Notes: generated by a model from the letters alone, not told the origin. A stretch of 62,076 nt of DNA, filler included, from an uncultured bacterium (GCA_964449065.1; 12 parts of 12 records of this genome joined end to end with filler, not necessarily neighbours in it), one strand, 5' to 3'; shown: positions 10,465 through 21,201, counted from the first letter of the whole stretch. A program made the numbers and translations.

Positions 10465-10568
10465 NNNNNNNNNNNNNNNNNNNNNNNNNNNNNNNNNNNN
10501 NNNNNNNNTTAATTAATTAANNNNNNNNNNNNNNNNNNNNNNNNNNNNNNNNNNNNNNNNNNNNTGCG

Positions 10569-10594
10569 GTACCGGCTGGAAGCCGATGCTCCCC
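10569..10594 (-). repeat. REP-like palindrome, family R (GGAGCATCGGCTTCCAGCCGGTAC)
   Basis: Same motif at 21151, 36453, 58532 and 61720. Confidence 0.75.
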
Positions 10595-10673
10595 TTTTGT
10601 GGAGGAATCACACAGTATTTATTTGAATACGTATAAGTATAACATACATTTACAATAACCCTGATGTGTTTTT

Positions 10674-12635
10674 CTACCGGTTCCATTCATCCAATGGCTT
10701 CGGTTTCCAATTCTTGATCGCTGATTCTTTCACGGATCCCGGAGAAATAAAGACTGTGTAAGTCAACGTTCCTTCGTCAGAGGCCTTGGCTTGTAACGCG
10801 ACCATTCTTGTGTCCGGGTTTGGAGAATCCCACTCATTGCGCGGTTCGGAAGTATTGATGATTTCCCATTTTGCGGAATGATCCCGCGAGCCGTTTTGCA
10901 AGCGCAAGGTTTTATGTTGATATTGCAGTTCAAGAGAAGTGCCGGGTTCACCCCTTACTTCCCCTTTGGTAATCATCCCCCAGCGCACGTCCGTGTTGGG
11001 CTGCAATCCGGTTAACTCATCCTGAATGATTATTTCATTCGAAGACAGCATGACGATTCCACGCCGAACGGATTCAGATTGTCCCTCATACACCGGGCTT
11101 AAATCCACTATGCTGTTGGGGTGTTCCGTATCATCCGAAAATTCAGTAATGACACCGGCGTTTTTTGCCACTTGCAGTTGGCCGTCAATCACCAGCGTGT
11201 TGTGCCCGAAATTCTGCTGGCGAAAGATCGTCCAGCGGTCTGAGTCCTGCGCGCGGCTCCACAAGTTCATCCCGCGCGATTCGATGCCGTGATACCCTTC
11301 CGCGCCCAAATCATACGCCCAGCGCACACCGTCCGCGTCCAGCACAAATGAACCGGTATCCATCTGCCCGTGATTCGCGGATGGCGACCCGGCCTTTAAA
11401 CCCACAAAAACCGCATTGGGGTCCTTCCACGAACTGCGGTGAATGGTTACCGGCACATGCCCTTCTCCAGACCAATGCAGCGGCATCTCAATATCGAACG
11501 AATCCGGTTCTTTCTTCATCCACAACAACGTAAGCGGCAAAAATCTTCCGCCGAAAGCACTTCCGTTCGATCTTTCCGACTTTACCATCCATTCGCTCAA
11601 CAAATCGTATTCGTAGTACAACCAATCCGGCCGGTTGTATTTTGTGGCAAACCAAAAAACGGCGGGTTCCGCGTTTCTTCCGGCGCCGCCATCCGCGTAA
11701 TTGAAGGTATACCCCGATGGGCCGGTGACCAAATTGAGATACTGGCCGGTTTGGGCAAATCCCGGAGCATGATTGAGGCCATACGCCGAACCCAACACAC
11801 CTTCCAGCACATCGATCAGCAAGACGTTGTAGGTCGTTCCATACGACCAATAGCCCGGCCCTTCCGGATACGACCCTTTCGGCGCGTAGGCTTTCATTGA
11901 GTGCGGCACGTTTTGCAGCGCATTGTGAACGGTCATCGCCGCTAATTGAGGCTCATCTTCCATCACAGCCAGTGCTCCGGCAGTCAGGCCGCCGTGGCAC
12001 ACCTGCCCCCAGTTGTTGGTCGATTTCACCCATCTATTGTGTTTGGTTTCAAACGGAAGCGTTACTCCTTTTTCGAGGATGGCGTCTTTGATCGTTGAAC
12101 GGGATTGTTCAGGAAGTTGGTGAAAGAGCCAGTCATAACCAATCGCCAACGCGTACGTCATTTCGGCCACATCCAAAAAGTGGCTCGGGTTCCAATCTTC
12201 AAACGCGGCGGCGGCAAGCATTTCGATTTCACAGCGCCGGGCATATTTGGCTTCACCGCTGAGGTGATATGCCATTGCCAAAACAATCACCCGCTGCACA
12301 CAGGTTCGGGATTTCCCCAACAGACGCCTGCCCGTCAGTTGCCTTTGAACCGGTTCAAGATTCATCAAATAATCGGCTTGTTTGATGAGAATATCTTTCA
12401 GTTGTCTATGCAGCGGATTCTTCTCTACCTTCTGTATTAATTCCTCCAGCGACTGCGGATTGAGGTGCAAGCGCGGATGGGTTTTGGGCGCTTGATCAAT
12501 TTCCGCTTGAATTACGTCCAACGTCACGGTTGGCGGATATGGATGGATGCTTTCATCCGGTTGCGCTTGAACACACACAGCGAGAAAAAACAAGAAGATG
12601 ATAGAAGATGTAGATTGTTGCATGAAACGAGACAT
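10674..12635 (-). CDS. Heparinase II/III-like polysaccharide lyase (DUF4962 + Hepar_II_III)
   Basis: Signal peptide; WNPSHFLDVAEM, NNWGQVC, YPEGPGYWSYG, NHGQMDTGSF and HNTLVIDG motifs. Confidence 0.85.
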   Translation of the reverse strand: MSRFMQQSTSSIIFLFFLAVCVQAQPDESIHPYPPTVTLDVIQAEIDQAPKTHPRLHLNPQSLEELIQKVEKNPLHRQLKDILIKQADYLMNLEPVQRQLTGRRLLGKSRTCVQRVIVLAMAYHLSGEAKYARRCEIEMLAAAAFEDWNPSHFLDVAEMTYALAIGYDWLFHQLPEQSRSTIKDAILEKGVTLPFETKHNRWVKSTNNWGQVCHGGLTAGALAVMEDEPQLAAMTVHNALQNVPHSMKAYAPKGSYPEGPGYWSYGTTYNVLLIDVLEGVLGSAYGLNHAPGFAQTGQYLNLVTGPSGYTFNYADGGAGRNAEPAVFWFATKYNRPDWLYYEYDLLSEWMVKSERSNGSAFGGRFLPLTLLWMKKEPDSFDIEMPLHWSGEGHVPVTIHRSSWKDPNAVFVGLKAGSPSANHGQMDTGSFVLDADGVRWAYDLGAEGYHGIESRGMNLWSRAQDSDRWTIFRQQNFGHNTLVIDGQLQVAKNAGVITEFSDDTEHPNSIVDLSPVYEGQSESVRRGIVMLSSNEIIIQDELTGLQPNTDVRWGMITKGEVRGEPGTSLELQYQHKTLRLQNGSRDHSAKWEIINTSEPRNEWDSPNPDTRMVALQAKASDEGTLTYTVFISPGSVKESAIKNWKPKPLDEWNR

Positions 12636-12880
12636 AATTATCCCCCCAAAACAGATGCTATAGGATTGCCAAAAATACGTTCTAATTCCACATCACATTA
12701 TCACGCACCGGCTGAAAGCCGATGCGGCCCAAAACAAACATACTTTTGGAAAATGCTCTAACTTTATGGTAGTAAAATCGAAATAGATATCTATGGGGAT
12801 GGATAGTTTGGGTGATAGCCAAGTAAACTGTGCTTTTGTAATACAGGTGAGTCGCCAGAGACCTTATTTTTACGATTGAA

Positions 12881-12936
12881 TAACTGATGTTACGCAATCC
12901 ATGATTGACGATTGCTTGAAAAACGGTTTTTGTTGT
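12881..12936 (+). repeat. Repeat family C (~55-70 bp)
   Basis: taactgatgttacgcaatccatgattgacgattgcttgaaaaa.. also at 36524 and, reverse-complemented, at 21200-21270 and 5329-5365. Confidence 0.85.
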
Positions 12937-13078
12937 GTACTGAACAGTACTTAATCTGACAGACAGCCCAACCTTATGCAAGGGGGTATAACACTGCGTT
13001 CACGTTTGTGGTTGACTGATCCCACTCATTTCATTTGAATGGTTAACTTTTCACCCATCACAACAGCCTTGATGAACC

Positions 13079-14026
13079 CTAGCGCAAATACTGCACTTCG
13101 CGTTCCAATTCGATGTTGAATTTTTCTTTTACCCGCCGGGCCATTTCATTGGCAAGTTCATTTACATCCGCGGCGGTTGCGTCTCCATAATTGACGATGA
13201 TGTTGGCGTGCTTTTCGAATACGCCGGCGCCCCCAACCCGTAATCCTTTGCACCCGACCTCTTCTAGAAGTTTCCCAGCAGGAACACGCCAGCCGCCGGG
13301 TTCTTCAGGCGGTAGGTTTTTAAAGAATGATCCCGCGGAGTAGGAATTCCCATACGAGGGGTGTTTTTCATCACGCATGGTTTTGATGCGTTTGATTTCA
13401 GCCAGGTTCGATTCGCGGTCGCCCCGCACAAAATTGCCCATCTTGGCGGTTAGAATGATATCGCCGCGTTTTTTCGCTTCACTGGTGCGGTATTCTATCC
13501 CCAAATCTTCAACCAGAACGGTCAACCGCTCTCCGCTTTTTCGCAAAATATCGGCTTCCAATAAAAAGGAATGGACTAAATTACCAAAGGCGCCTGCTCC
13601 ACCAACCAATGCGCCGCCAACCGAGCCGGGTATCCCAGCCGCAAAGGTGATATCCGCCCAGCCTCTGTCAGAAATCTCAAATATGAGCCGGTCGAGGTTA
13701 TAGCCGCCGTCTACCGTGACTTGCAGATTCTCATCATCCCAGCGAATGGTTTGCGTGCGGTTTAATATGACCAACCCTTTTAAGCCGTCATCGTGGATCA
13801 GTACATTTGAGCATCCAGCCAAAAACCACACATTGATGTCATGCTGTTTGGCGAGTTGATAAGCTTTGGCGAGAGTATCTACATCATTCGCTTCAACCAG
13901 CATTTCGGCGGGGCCGCCGATATGAAGCGATGTGTAGGGGGCCAGAGCAACATTGAAACGCAGCGCGTTACCCAAGGCTTCGGAGAAGATTCGCTGATAC
14001 AGTGCTGCTTCGGCGGGTAAATTCAT
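13079..14026 (-). CDS. murB: UDP-N-acetylmuramate dehydrogenase
   Basis: TSLHIGGPA, GIPGSVGGA, SAGSFFKN, KHANIIVN and LEREV motifs. Confidence 0.93.
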   Translation of the reverse strand: MNLPAEAALYQRIFSEALGNALRFNVALAPYTSLHIGGPAEMLVEANDVDTLAKAYQLAKQHDINVWFLAGCSNVLIHDDGLKGLVILNRTQTIRWDDENLQVTVDGGYNLDRLIFEISDRGWADITFAAGIPGSVGGALVGGAGAFGNLVHSFLLEADILRKSGERLTVLVEDLGIEYRTSEAKKRGDIILTAKMGNFVRGDRESNLAEIKRIKTMRDEKHPSYGNSYSAGSFFKNLPPEEPGGWRVPAGKLLEEVGCKGLRVGGAGVFEKHANIIVNYGDATAADVNELANEMARRVKEKFNIELEREVQYLR

Positions 14027-14060
14027 AAGTGATCGAGATAATAAGAGCCTATAAAATGTG

Positions 14061-14630
14061 TTATTGCAGTTTGATTTCCAAAACGCTGTTCATCAGTTTG
14101 TCTTCGCCTACCAACAAGGTTCCCGGTGGAGTTTTTTTAACTTCTTCCAGCATCGCGCCCAACTGGGCTTCCATGCCTGCAAGCTCTTCCAAAGCCAGTT
14201 GTAAGAGGGGAATGGCTGTGGACGTGAGTGCTAACGGCACGGGAATGCGGGTGGTGCCGTTGGGAGATTGCATGCGAATCAACAACAATTTTGTTGGTTT
14301 GTCATTGGTGGAGAGGCTTTCAAACTTTTCTATTTGCAGATGGAATTCGTTGTTATTCTGAATCTCAAAGGTTTCGCCGACCGGCATGGCTTGGACGGAA
14401 GCGTGGATCGCTTCAATATTAAAACCGGCTTTTTCTGCTTCAAGGATAAATTTGGGTGGTGTGGCTCTGATAATGGATTCTGTCAAATCAAGTGTGAATG
14501 TGGCGTGGCCAATAACAGGCGAGGCGCTGCCGATTTCTTGAAAGGTTCCGCGTAGCCAAACGGTTTTTTCGGTATGCCCTAAAGGCGCGGTTAACCCAGT
14601 GATTATACAGAATAGTAAAATTGTTTTCAT
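14061..14630 (-). CDS. Hypothetical secreted protein
   Basis: Signal peptide from ATG 14630 (MKTILLF...); co-oriented between adk and murB. Confidence 0.6.
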   Translation of the reverse strand: MKTILLFCIITGLTAPLGHTEKTVWLRGTFQEIGSASPVIGHATFTLDLTESIIRATPPKFILEAEKAGFNIEAIHASVQAMPVGETFEIQNNNEFHLQIEKFESLSTNDKPTKLLLIRMQSPNGTTRIPVPLALTSTAIPLLQLALEELAGMEAQLGAMLEEVKKTPPGTLLVGEDKLMNSVLEIKLQ

Positions 14631-14885
14631 GTTGAGAAAAGACATAGTGTAACCCTGTGTTATGCCATGCTGCATATAAAAAGTGAGCGATCTTTCACAC
14701 AACCATATGGGATAATGAAACTGAGTGGGTTCAAAGCGAAGCGTAGCCCACCATGACCATCTTGGTATTATATCATAGTAAAAAATATATACGATTACAG
14801 CATAGCATAGTATACGGAAAGAAGAAAGAAATCGCAGAAAAAACTTATTAAAAAGCGAGAGGCCAAGGTGGTACGGTGACGGATA

Positions 14886-15524
14886 TTATGAAGAGCAGAG
14901 AGCCATCCATTCCTGCACAACGGGAACAATTCGTTCGAACACTTCTTCCGGTGAACCCAATCCATCCACTTCATAGACTTGATATTCGTTGCGGTAGAAG
15001 TCAATTAACGGGAATGTTTTCTCGTGAAAAATGCGGATTCGCTCCTTGATCGTCTGTTCCTGGTCATCGGCACGTTGTTTTCCGTTGGCGTCAGTGCGGT
15101 TCACCATACGTTCAAACACAACTTCATCCGGAACAAAGATATAAATCATACCCAAAAAACGTAAATTGTTGCTGCTGATTACTTCATCCATGTGGGATGC
15201 TTGGTGCATATTGCGGGGAAATCCGTCCATAATGAGGCCGTTGGGTTGGGCTTCCTGCTTGCGGATTTGCAGCAACTTTTCGCTGAGCAAGGATACAATG
15301 AGATCATCGGGCAGTAATTTTCCTTCTTTCATTAACAGATTGAGGCTGTCATTGGGGGTATTCTTTTCCAGATAGTTGCGGCATAGGTCGCCGGTGCTGA
15401 TGTGTTGAAATCCCAAACGCTCCTGCATATATTTTGATTGAGTTCCTTTGCCGCATCCGGGCGAACCCATTATAGTCAAGGTGGGGTAGGCTGTATTGTT
15501 CATTTCCAACGGCATTACACTCAA
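14886..15524 (-). CDS. adk: Adenylate kinase (short-LID type)
   Basis: GSPGCGKGTQ P-loop, HISTGD, DGFPRN and RADD motifs. Confidence 0.93.
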   Translation of the reverse strand: MSVMPLEMNNTAYPTLTIMGSPGCGKGTQSKYMQERLGFQHISTGDLCRNYLEKNTPNDSLNLLMKEGKLLPDDLIVSLLSEKLLQIRKQEAQPNGLIMDGFPRNMHQASHMDEVISSNNLRFLGMIYIFVPDEVVFERMVNRTDANGKQRADDQEQTIKERIRIFHEKTFPLIDFYRNEYQVYEVDGLGSPEEVFERIVPVVQEWMALCSS

Positions 15525-15811
15525 TCCTTTCAGAACAGAATAAAACGAAATATATCTAAATATTACAATCTGCCAGTATTATGTTATCAATTTTTGTAAA
15601 GTTAGTTAGGAGAGCGAGAGATGAAACCGGTTCGGAATCCTCAACCAAAGCAAAGTCACTCCTTCTGTAGATCAAAGCAGGTATTGTAAATGAAACTTTG
15701 TCTTTGTAAATNNNNNNNNNNNNNNNNNNNNNNNNNNNNNNNNNNNNNNNNNNNNTTAATTAATTAANNNNNNNNNNNNNNNNNNNNNNNNNNNNNNNNN
15801 NNNNNNNNNNN

Positions 15812-15866
15812 TAAGGGGGGCTAGGGGGGATCGATACCCGCCAATAAAACGTTGACACTGTACTAG
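15812..15866 (+). repeat. MITE-like family A, partial (contig start)
   Basis: taaggggggctaggggggatcgatacccgccaataaaacgttgacactgtactag. Confidence 0.85.
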
Positions 15867-15914
15867 AGAGGTTCTCTACGAAATTGCTTTCAACTCCGGG
15901 GGCGTTTTTATTCC

Positions 15915-16526
15915 TCACCGTTTCCACGGTTTGCCGTCTACGTTTTGCACTTCCGGGGCGGGTTCGCCGCCTTTAAAGCGGTAGATATCCCCATCGCTGA
16001 CCAAGCCGTTTGTGGTATCAAACCGCAGCAGATTGGTTGAGAATGGATAATTCGCCATCAGCGAAGAGTCATCCGCCTCTTGCGGTCCCAAGCCCGAATC
16101 CGGCCCAAGCGAGTTCAGCATCCAGTCGTTGAACGGCCAGTCGTTAAAGCCGTTGGGGTTGTGGTTGCCGGCACCGAATTCGTACAATGCATCACCGAAT
16201 TGACGGTCCATATCTGCCACTTCTACAAAAGGCGCTTTGAACGGATCAATGAGCGCTCCCCCCATATAGGCCACAGGTGTCGTCAAACCAATCCAGCCGT
16301 TGGGGCGCCGCATATAGCCCCGCCAAGCATCGGTGGGATAGGTGTTGTGATCGAGTTGATACATTTCCATCGCGGTTTCGATGTTCTTAAAATCCGACTG
16401 CACCCGCGCCAGTTTGGCTTTCGTTTGCGCGTTCAAAAAGTTCGGTACCGCAATCGCCGCCAAAATGCCGATGATCGCGACCACGATCAACAATTCAATC
16501 AACGTAAAACCATTTTGATTCGACAT
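15915..16526 (-). CDS. Prepilin-type N-terminal cleavage/methylation protein (GspG/pilin-like)
   Basis: GFTLIELLIVVAIIGILAAIAVPNF class III signal; LTTPVAY, DPF and SLGPD motifs. Confidence 0.9.
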   Translation of the reverse strand: MSNQNGFTLIELLIVVAIIGILAAIAVPNFLNAQTKAKLARVQSDFKNIETAMEMYQLDHNTYPTDAWRGYMRRPNGWIGLTTPVAYMGGALIDPFKAPFVEVADMDRQFGDALYEFGAGNHNPNGFNDWPFNDWMLNSLGPDSGLGPQEADDSSLMANYPFSTNLLRFDTTNGLVSDGDIYRFKGGEPAPEVQNVDGKPWKR

Positions 16527-16669
16527 TCAAAAGCTCCTTACCGGTAAGATGAAGGTACTGTATCATACCGGGGATCAGACAGCAAGCAGAGATATTCTTC
16601 CATTTGAAAATATGGAAAACTTTGACAATTCGATTACAATACAATCGAAATATGAGACGAGGTGAACCG

Positions 16670-16846
16670 ATGTCTACCGCGAAAGAAAACGTGATTCAGT
16701 TAATTCAAAATATGCCGGATGAAAGTAGTTACGATGAAATACTGGCAGAAATCTCATTTCGGCAAAACGTAGAAGATAGCCTTCAGCAAATTGAATCAGG
16801 CGAAACGGTATCTCACGAAGAAGTGAAAAAGCGTATGGCAATGTGA
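16670..16846 (+). CDS. Small antitoxin-like protein (orphan)
   Basis: MSTAKENVIQLIQNMPDE...GETVSHEEVKKR resembles antitoxins that precede RelE/ParE; SD GAGGTG; no intact toxin follows. Confidence 0.6.
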   Translation: MSTAKENVIQLIQNMPDESSYDEILAEISFRQNVEDSLQQIESGETVSHEEVKKRMAM

Positions 16847-16925
16847 TAATTGTATGTTTAATTCAATACCGGTGAAATCATTCGAAATCGATAATATATC
16901 GGCGTTTATTCGCGGTTACCATTTT

Positions 16926-18752
16926 TTACATTTGATGTTTCACTTTTTGTAAACATGAAATAAACGTAGGGATTTCCTGCAACACCGCCTGAAAATAATG
17001 CCGGTATTTTCCCAGCCGTGCTTGCACCTCATGTGGTTTCTCTTTATGGATGAAGCGGAACACGGCACCGAACAACGCCTGCTCCATCCCGATTTTCACC
17101 GCTTCGGAATGATAAATCCGTTGAAAGCACGCATCCATCTCCAGCCAGACTTCATTCTCGCGCAATGCGTGACCTAAATGCAGCAACGCTTCCACTTTCC
17201 CGCATAGTTCCAGCCCTTGCTGCGCCGTTTGCCGCGCCTGCTGCAAGTTGGTGATGATCAATCCAATCTGCTCTTTTATTTGTTTTGAATCTCTTTGAGG
17301 CGGCTGGATCGAAGCCCAATACGAATTCACTCCACCGTTCAACGCAAACTGCCGCAATGATTCTTGCAGGGGCATAACATGGGTCCCCTCAATCCGCGCG
17401 CCGCCTTCAGTGGCATCGATTACGGTTGCGTTCGTTTGCGCGGTCTCAGCCGTAAACTGCCGCAAGTAAATATACATCGCTTCCGAGGTAGGAACTTTCT
17501 CATGATGGATTCCATCCACCCACAAAATTCGCTCTTGCCTTGCTCCGCCATGCACCGCCTCACCCAGCGTTGTAGATGAAGCCCCCGCCTCTGTCTTCGC
17601 GATCTCCCGTGTTAAAACGGAACCGCCCGTGTGCGTCTTCCCCCCCCGCGGATCAAACGCCAAATCCAATCCCGTGAATATGATGGGGTCGGCACCGAAC
17701 ATACGTGCCAAATAAAACGCGGTGTTCCCCACAGAGCCGCCTTTTGGCACGTACCCAAACGGCCCGTGCGCGGTTTCCAGCCATTTGGTATACGCGGATT
17801 TCTCCAGGTTCAAAAACAAGGTGCGGTGCTGCCACCGTTTTGGAATTTCAAAATACACTTCCGGATCAAATGCCAATACCGTTTGCGGGGGAATATCCAA
17901 GCCTTCAAAATGGTTAAGGTTCAGTTCGGTCGGGTCGGTAGCAACGACCATGTGAGGATGAATCTCATGCCGCAAAAACGTCCGCAATGCGGTATCGACA
18001 GCAACAATAAGAACACGGTCTTCCATCCCTTTCAATTGATGTATGTTCTTATCCAACGAGGGTCCAGCGGCCGCAACCACAACCGGTTTGCCTTGCCATG
18101 TGTTTTGAATCTGATGTACGCCAATACTGCGCATAATGGCTGGTAAGTTCTGCCACATATTTTGCTGAATGTGCGCCCCGTTGCGTTCCGTGAACTCAAA
18201 TTCCGCCTTGGTTTGGCGTATTTGGTCTTGAAGAATGTTCCAAGCGGTATGGTAATATTCGGGCAGGCGCTGCCATGAAGTTTCATGATAAATCCGTATC
18301 AAATTACTGCTCATAACACCTGGTATAACTTTGCGGCAAAGCGTTTTCCATTCGGTCCAATCTTCTCCAACATGAATGTGAAATCTTGGGTGCGCGAAAA
18401 TCGGCGATAGATCTGTGGTTTCTAAAATAATACGGAAATAAGCAAGATCCTTCTCAATCAAAATGAGGTCATACAATTCGCCTTGCCAACGGTTCCAAAT
18501 TTGTCTTAATGACTCTTCGGAATTTATACCGAGAAACCAAGGAAGATATACTTTGGTTGAATCTTTATGCTTATGCCAATCGAACCATTGATTATTTTGA
18601 AAAACTTCGACCGTAGGTGGCGTTTTGTTTTGCTGCATACGGGATGAATCCGTACGCGGCGGGCATTGCGCGGTTCTGTCCGCCAACTGAGGGTGTGTTT
18701 GCCGCAGTGCTTTAAGATTATGTTCCAATGGATTCATATTCGTCAAAGTCAT
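16926..18752 (-). CDS. Motility-associated factor (MAF/DUF115) glycosyltransferase-family protein
   Basis: VAAAGPSLDKNI, VAVDTAL, GGSVG and IIFTGLDLAF motifs; DATEGGARIEG. Confidence 0.85.
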   Translation of the reverse strand: MTLTNMNPLEHNLKALRQTHPQLADRTAQCPPRTDSSRMQQNKTPPTVEVFQNNQWFDWHKHKDSTKVYLPWFLGINSEESLRQIWNRWQGELYDLILIEKDLAYFRIILETTDLSPIFAHPRFHIHVGEDWTEWKTLCRKVIPGVMSSNLIRIYHETSWQRLPEYYHTAWNILQDQIRQTKAEFEFTERNGAHIQQNMWQNLPAIMRSIGVHQIQNTWQGKPVVVAAAGPSLDKNIHQLKGMEDRVLIVAVDTALRTFLRHEIHPHMVVATDPTELNLNHFEGLDIPPQTVLAFDPEVYFEIPKRWQHRTLFLNLEKSAYTKWLETAHGPFGYVPKGGSVGNTAFYLARMFGADPIIFTGLDLAFDPRGGKTHTGGSVLTREIAKTEAGASSTTLGEAVHGGARQERILWVDGIHHEKVPTSEAMYIYLRQFTAETAQTNATVIDATEGGARIEGTHVMPLQESLRQFALNGGVNSYWASIQPPQRDSKQIKEQIGLIITNLQQARQTAQQGLELCGKVEALLHLGHALRENEVWLEMDACFQRIYHSEAVKIGMEQALFGAVFRFIHKEKPHEVQARLGKYRHYFQAVLQEIPTFISCLQKVKHQM

Positions 18753-18824
18753 GTCACAATAGATGCCGCATTAAAAGTGAAAAACAGTGTAGCAAGTTTT
18801 CAATCTCTTCGCAAAGAAAACATC

Positions 18825-20552
18825 GTGGCCGACTTCATCCAACAAAACTTCATCTTGCTGCTGCGGCACCATAAAAACGCCGCCAAAATTCTGCAAGAGC
18901 ATCTTCGTGTGCAGCGCGAGAACAATCGGCAATCGTCTTACGTAGTTCGCCCCGCAAAGAACGGCCAACCCAATTTGGCAGATGGATCCGGTGGTGAAGT
19001 TGCCTTTTTGCATTCCACCGAAAACCCGATGGCAAAGACGGTGCAGGACCTGCACAATGCCATGCGAAATGATCCGAAACTGGTCATCCTCTTTTCCGCT
19101 GGATTGGGATACGCTTTGCAGGCATTGCGCGATTGGCTCCCTCACAACAAACTTGTTCTCATCGAGCCGGATTGCGATATGTTCTTCGAAGCCCTGCGTG
19201 TCAGTGATTTGCGTTCCATTCTTCCTGCGCCCAACCTGCATATTTTTTTGGGTGAGAGCGCGATTGAAGACGCGGGGAATCTGATTGATAAACATCCTTC
19301 GTTGTTTCAATTTTATACCTCATTGGTATCCGGTAGAACGCTGCGCGCGAAAGAAGCGGCGGATTATCAAAAGATCAAAGAACGTTTGGATTCATCCCGG
19401 CAACCGAAACACTGCGATGAACCGTTTGCCATCTTGAGTGGAGACGCGCACGAAAGTTTGTTGGAGCCTCTTCAACAAGAGAGTGAAGCCGCCGGATTCA
19501 AAGCAAGAGCCATCCACCGCCCGGCCTATATTAACCGTTTATTCCATAACCATACTATCTGGCAGGAAACACTGGGCGAATCATTGCCTCAGCAGATTAT
19601 GAGTTTTGCCAAACACGTTTTGCGGGATGACGAATGGAAAGCCATTCATGACGCGGGGATTCAAAACTGCCTTTGGTGTTATGACGATCCGTTTCGGGGG
19701 AAAGTGGATGAGACCTACTTTCAACACGTAAATAAAATTTTTTGCTACGATCCATACATCACTTCGAAGTTGAAAACGGTATCACCCATACCGGTCGAAT
19801 ATCTCCCGGCAGCCACGGCTTATGATCAAGACACACCGAAAGGTATGAATACATATTCCAATGAGTCGTGGGAGATCACCTTTGTCGGCTCCACCGGCTT
19901 GCAGCGCCATGACGATGTGTTAACGCAGTGGGTATCGCAAAAACACCCGGTTTATCAGCGGGTCAATGCGTTTGTTGAATCGTATGTTCGTTCCGGCAAA
20001 TCGGTACCGTATGATGATCTTCTTGCAATGACGATTGAAGACGTCAAACTTTCTCCGCAGCAAACAACAGTCTACCTGCAAGATTTAGCCACGTTTCTTG
20101 TCCGGCGCTATTTTTTAGCCGGTTTGCAGAACATGCCTTTAACGATTTTTGGGGATCGAGGCTGGCAAGAGCCGTCATGGGTTGGTTCTTTAACTCAGCA
20201 CTACGCAGGTACCAGCCTGAAGTATGCCGAAGAAACGCCCGCCATCTACGCCCACAGCAAAATTAACCTGAACCTGTTCAACATCCAATGCGTCAATTCC
20301 CCCACCATCCGCATGTTTGATGTCATGGCCTGCGGCGGATTTCTACTCACCGAATACCGCCCCTTTATGGATGACTTCTTCGAAACCGGCACGCATTTGG
20401 ATGTCTTTCGGACAACAAAAGAATTAACCGAAAAAGTGAACCATTATCTTCATCATGAAGATGAAAGAAAGCGCATTGCGCAAAAAGGTCAAGAATTTAT
20501 TCTCGCCAATCACCGCTACCGGCACCGCATCCCCTGCATCTTCCGTCAATAG
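18825..20552 (+). CDS. CgeB/Glyco_trans_1_2-type glycosyltransferase with MAF-like N-terminal domain
   Basis: N-terminal LHSTENP and GLGY..IEPD; C-terminal SKINLN, RMFDVMACGGFLLT and RIAQKGQE..HRYRHR; start taken as GTG 18825. Confidence 0.8.
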   Translation: MADFIQQNFILLLRHHKNAAKILQEHLRVQRENNRQSSYVVRPAKNGQPNLADGSGGEVAFLHSTENPMAKTVQDLHNAMRNDPKLVILFSAGLGYALQALRDWLPHNKLVLIEPDCDMFFEALRVSDLRSILPAPNLHIFLGESAIEDAGNLIDKHPSLFQFYTSLVSGRTLRAKEAADYQKIKERLDSSRQPKHCDEPFAILSGDAHESLLEPLQQESEAAGFKARAIHRPAYINRLFHNHTIWQETLGESLPQQIMSFAKHVLRDDEWKAIHDAGIQNCLWCYDDPFRGKVDETYFQHVNKIFCYDPYITSKLKTVSPIPVEYLPAATAYDQDTPKGMNTYSNESWEITFVGSTGLQRHDDVLTQWVSQKHPVYQRVNAFVESYVRSGKSVPYDDLLAMTIEDVKLSPQQTTVYLQDLATFLVRRYFLAGLQNMPLTIFGDRGWQEPSWVGSLTQHYAGTSLKYAEETPAIYAHSKINLNLFNIQCVNSPTIRMFDVMACGGFLLTEYRPFMDDFFETGTHLDVFRTTKELTEKVNHYLHHEDERKRIAQKGQEFILANHRYRHRIPCIFRQ

Positions 20553-20717
20553 AGCGCATTAATAACCAAAAACCAATAATAATAATAGTTGACATAACTT
20601 ATGAAATACCTTAACTTAAATCTTGTTTTAATTTTAACTGCCGAGATCTATAATTATGACGGAACGGCAAAAATTCTTTTATGGTGGTGCAAGGCTTTCA
20701 GCCTGCCGATGCCATTG

Positions 20718-20771
20718 TCTCCCCCAATCATTTTGGGGGAGATGTCCGACGCAAGGAGGACAGAGGGGGTG
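20718..20771 (+). repeat. REP-like double hairpin
   Basis: tctcccccaa..ttgggggaga followed by tgtcc...ggaca gagggg. Confidence 0.55.
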
Positions 20772-21106
20772 CGAAGAGAACCATAAACCATAAAGATTCA
20801 ACCTGTTTTAAAGAAGTATTTTCCTTGGCAATCAAACGAAGCAATCTGATAAGCCGTTTTGATTTTGGTGAACAATCCAAATTGGAAACGGTATAAGCCG
20901 TTCAATTCTTCAAGTAGTTCATCAAGGCTGATATGAGGGGTGATAATACGGATGCNNNNNNNNNNNNNNNNNNNNNNNNNNNNNNNNNNNNNNNNNNNNT
21001 TAATTAATTAANNNNNNNNNNNNNNNNNNNNNNNNNNNNNNNNNNNNNNNNNNNNCATCTCTTATCTTCTCCCAAAGGGAGAAGACGATAGACACTGCGT
21101 TTGACT

Positions 21107-21201
21107 TAGAGCCATTCAGGTTTGCGTAGAGGTGCAACGTGTACATCCATGTACCGGCTGGAAGCCGATGCTACCCGGCTATTCAACTCTGAAACGCTCT
21201 A
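21107..21201 (+). mobile_element. MITE-like family B (91 bp plus flanking TA) carrying REP family R
   Basis: TA-gagccattcaggtttg ... caactctgaaacgctc-TA; absent from the otherwise matching locus at 5285-5365. Confidence 0.75.

Noticed and set aside
18666..18824. Head-to-head overlap of the MAF and glycosyltransferase ORFs
   Set aside because: Artefact of longest-ORF start calling; downstream starts (GTG 18825) remove the overlap
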